From the NCBI GenBank assembly GCA_013416795.1, contig RQSC01000026.1:383586-447585 (forward strand): DNA of 64,000 bases. The letters run 5' to 3'. The stretch's first letter is position 1. Each line of letters opens with the position of its first letter. The translations under genes were made by a program, and so were the position numbers. Shown here piece by piece: positions 62,011 to 64,000 of this stretch. Under the pieces are notes generated by a model, which saw only the letters and a list, made by a program, of their open reading frames with translations, made no database searches and was not told the origin of the DNA. Origin of the DNA: Prasinococcaceae sp. CCMP 1430 (taxonomy: Eukaryota; Plantae; Prasinodermophyta).

Positions 62011-64000
62011 TCAAGCCGCCACCGCCGCGAGTTGCGGCTCCGCGCCGATCGCCTGCTGCGCCTGCGCCGCCCCGCGCTGCCGCGCTCTCCGCACGACGAC
62101 CGCCAGCGGCGCAACGAGCGCGTCGCACACGCTGCTCAAAACGAGGCGTGCGCCGAGCAAGCCCAGCCGTAGCAGCCGCACTGCACCCGCCGGCGTGCTC
62201 ATCAGCCGGCGTAGGTGCCCCCAAAGCAGCACGCGCGCCACGCGCTTCACCCAATAGGGGCGAATGCGCGGATTGCCGCCGAGCTGGTAAATTTGCCGCC
62301 CCTGCTCGTCGTACTGCACCTCTGAGCTGCCACCGGAGCCACCGCTCGCATCAGCCTGCGCGTTGCCTGCCTCATGCACGCTGGCCGACCCGCCTTTCGT
62401 GTTGGCGCCCGCGCCATCCCGCCGCCGCAGGCCGAGCGCGCAGAGCACCGCCCTACACATCCCCTCCATGGCCCGCTGCACCACCTGCTGCGGCCGGGTG
62501 CGGAAGAGCGCCACGAGCAGCTCATTGGGCGGCGCGAGCACTGTGTCGGCGAGCGAGGCCGAGTTGGCGTCGTAAATGATACGCCTCAGGGCCTTGCCCT
62601 CCCGCGCGCTCAGCAACTCGGCGCCGAGGTCACCCGCCCAGCCGCTCGCGGCGTCGAGGCTCGCCTCTGCCGTGTCGGTGTCATAATTCGACAGGGCAAC
62701 CGCTGGAGCGTCCGCAGCGTCGGCGCCCCGCCCCGCCACGACCACCTCCTGCGTCGCGGGGGCTTCCACGGCCATTGCGAGCAGGCGCTCCCACTGAACG
62801 CGCCCGTTGTCGTCCACCAGCACCTTGCGCAGGACTTCGCGCCCGCTCGGCGTGCGCGGGCTGAGCGCGCGCCGCAGCGCGTGGGGGAATCCGGCCTCGT
62901 ACATGTTGCACGGTGGGTCCAGCCGCTGCGCGAAGCCGTCGAGCGTCGTCAACGACCGAATGATGAGCACGAGGTAAGGCGGGAGCGCCACCCGGTACTT
63001 CAGCGCCAGGTTGGCCAGCGCGTCGACAATATCGCTGAACGCCGACATGCCCGCGCCGCCAGTTTTCGCGAGCATCTCCTTTTCGAACGCCTCGAGGTAC
63101 TCTGGGAAGGGGATCTCCTTCCACTTGCCCGGCCCCAGCCCAGTCGTAGCGCCCCCGTTGTCGTCGACCCAAATGGCCGGCTTCTCGAGCAGCTCTAGCT
63201 CGCGGAAGTCCTCGATGAGCGCGCGCCAGTTCTCCGCCAGCACGTGCAGGATGCTGTTGGCGATGGCCTCCTGCTTGGTGTCGTCGACTAGGCTGATGAG
63301 CCCGAAATCGAGCAGCGCGAGCCTGCCGTCCGGGGTGAAGAGCATGTTGCCCTCGTGCGGGTCGGCGTGGATGACGCCAGTGCGCATGAGCTGCGCTGCC
63401 GAGCAGTCTACGCCCATGCGGATCATGGTGGCCTGGTCCTGCGAGGGGATCTCAGCCAGTTTGCGCCCGTCGATCCACTGCGACGTGAGCACCTTGCGCG
63501 TACTCAGCGAGTCAACGGCGAGCGGCACGCACACGAACGGCTGGAAGGCGTGCAGCTCGGCGAACAGCGCCGCGTTGGCCGCCTCCTGTCGGTAGTCCAG
63601 CTCACGGAAGAGGCCGCTGCCGACCTCGTCCGCGATCAGCTTCATGTCTGTCTCTGCCTTCCAGTAACTCTGGAGCCACCTCAGAAACTCGCGCAGGATG
63701 TGCATGTCTAGCGCGATTTGGTACGTCACGCCCGGGCGCTGCACTTTGACGGCGACGTCCTGCCCGTCGGCGGTCACGCCGCGGTAGACCTGCCCAAGCG
63801 ACGCAGCCGCGATGGGCTCCTCCGCGAGCTCGCGGAACGGCGCGCCGGTCCCTGCCGCGCCCGCGATGGGCGCACCAGGCGAGAGGCCGAGCTCGTCGCG
63901 CAGCGTCGCGCGCGCGACGTCGCTCGGGAAGGGCGTCATCGCGTCCTGCAGAACCGCCAGCGCCTCGGCGGCCTCCTCGCCGACGAGGTCTGGCCGCCCA
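62011..64000 (-). CDS. ABC1K/COQ8-family atypical kinase (5' end outside the window)
   Basis: LQDAMTPF, PIAAASLGQVY, VAVKVQRP, ELDYRQEAAN, IHADPHEGN, LLDFGL. Confidence 0.93.
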   Translation of the reverse strand, partial: GRPDLVGEEAAEALAVLQDAMTPFPSDVARATLRDELGLSPGAPIAGAAGTGAPFRELAEEPIAAASLGQVYRGVTADGQDVAVKVQRPGVTYQIALDMHILREFLRWLQSYWKAETDMKLIADEVGSGLFRELDYRQEAANAALFAELHAFQPFVCVPLAVDSLSTRKVLTSQWIDGRKLAEIPSQDQATMIRMGVDCSAAQLMRTGVIHADPHEGNMLFTPDGRLALLDFGLISLVDDTKQEAIANSILHVLAENWRALIEDFRELELLEKPAIWVDDNGGATTGLGPGKWKEIPFPEYLEAFEKEMLAKTGGAGMSAFSDIVDALANLALKYRVALPPYLVLIIRSLTTLDGFAQRLDPPCNMYEAGFPHALRRALSPRTPSGREVLRKVLVDDNGRVQWERLLAMAVEAPATQEVVVAGRGADAADAPAVALSNYDTDTAEASLDAASGWAGDLGAELLSAREGKALRRIIYDANSASLADTVLAPPNELLVALFRTRPQQVVQRAMEGMCRAVLCALGLRRRDGAGANTKGGSASVHEAGNAQADASGGSGGSSEVQYDEQGRQIYQLGGNPRIRPYWVKRVARVLLWGHLRRLMSTPAGAVRLLRLGLLGARLVLSSVCDALVAPLAVVVRRARQRGAAQAQQAIGAEPQLAAVAA

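Noticed and set aside
1-64000. tRNA or rRNA genes, CRISPR arrays, prokaryotic operons, intact transposase or reverse transcriptase
   Set aside because: None was seen. GTTCGA hits lack cloverleaf context, and the DNA is eukaryotic nuclear.

Overview
Eukaryotic nuclear DNA, not prokaryotic. It is a compact, very GC-rich, gene-dense stretch of a green alga. Support for this: plastid-related genes (MurE, TGD4, NYC1, ABC1K, YaaW), spliceosomal GT-AG introns with mostly GTGCGN donors and GCTGAC branch points, and chlorophyte-type TGTAA poly(A) signals. A prasinophyte-grade lineage is an inference only. About 30 protein-coding genes are supported: HYDIN (partial), MurE, METTL18/HPM1-like, RIB43A, TGD4, a TKL kinase, a beta-trefoil/coiled-coil protein, a DUF3427/SRA-like protein, a half-size phytochelatin-synthase-like protein, an aldo-keto reductase, a kinesin-CCDC78 fusion, a PAN+cyclophilin protein, an EXPERA-like protein, DNA2, DUO3/GON4L, INSIG-like, YaaW-like, an SLC38-type transporter, NDUFA8, AP4S1, PELOTA, RPL23, RSP16/DNAJB13, NYC1, TBCA, NUF2, a NUDT6-like Nudix hydrolase, ABC1K (partial) and two unknowns. 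There is one well-supported intronic C/D-box snoRNA (snR39B/SNORD2-type) in RPL23. Three N-gaps and three single-N joins limit interpretation. Best leads: (1) a CDCA7-like helix + DUF3427 putative methyl-DNA reader; (2) a degenerate kinesin fused to CCDC78; (3) plastid MurE with a ~128-aa acidic insertion; (4) gene pairs packed so tightly that they must overlap or be co-transcribed; (5) a stray Fe-S D-lactate dehydrogenase fragment. All family assignments come from motif recognition by eye; no database searches were run.
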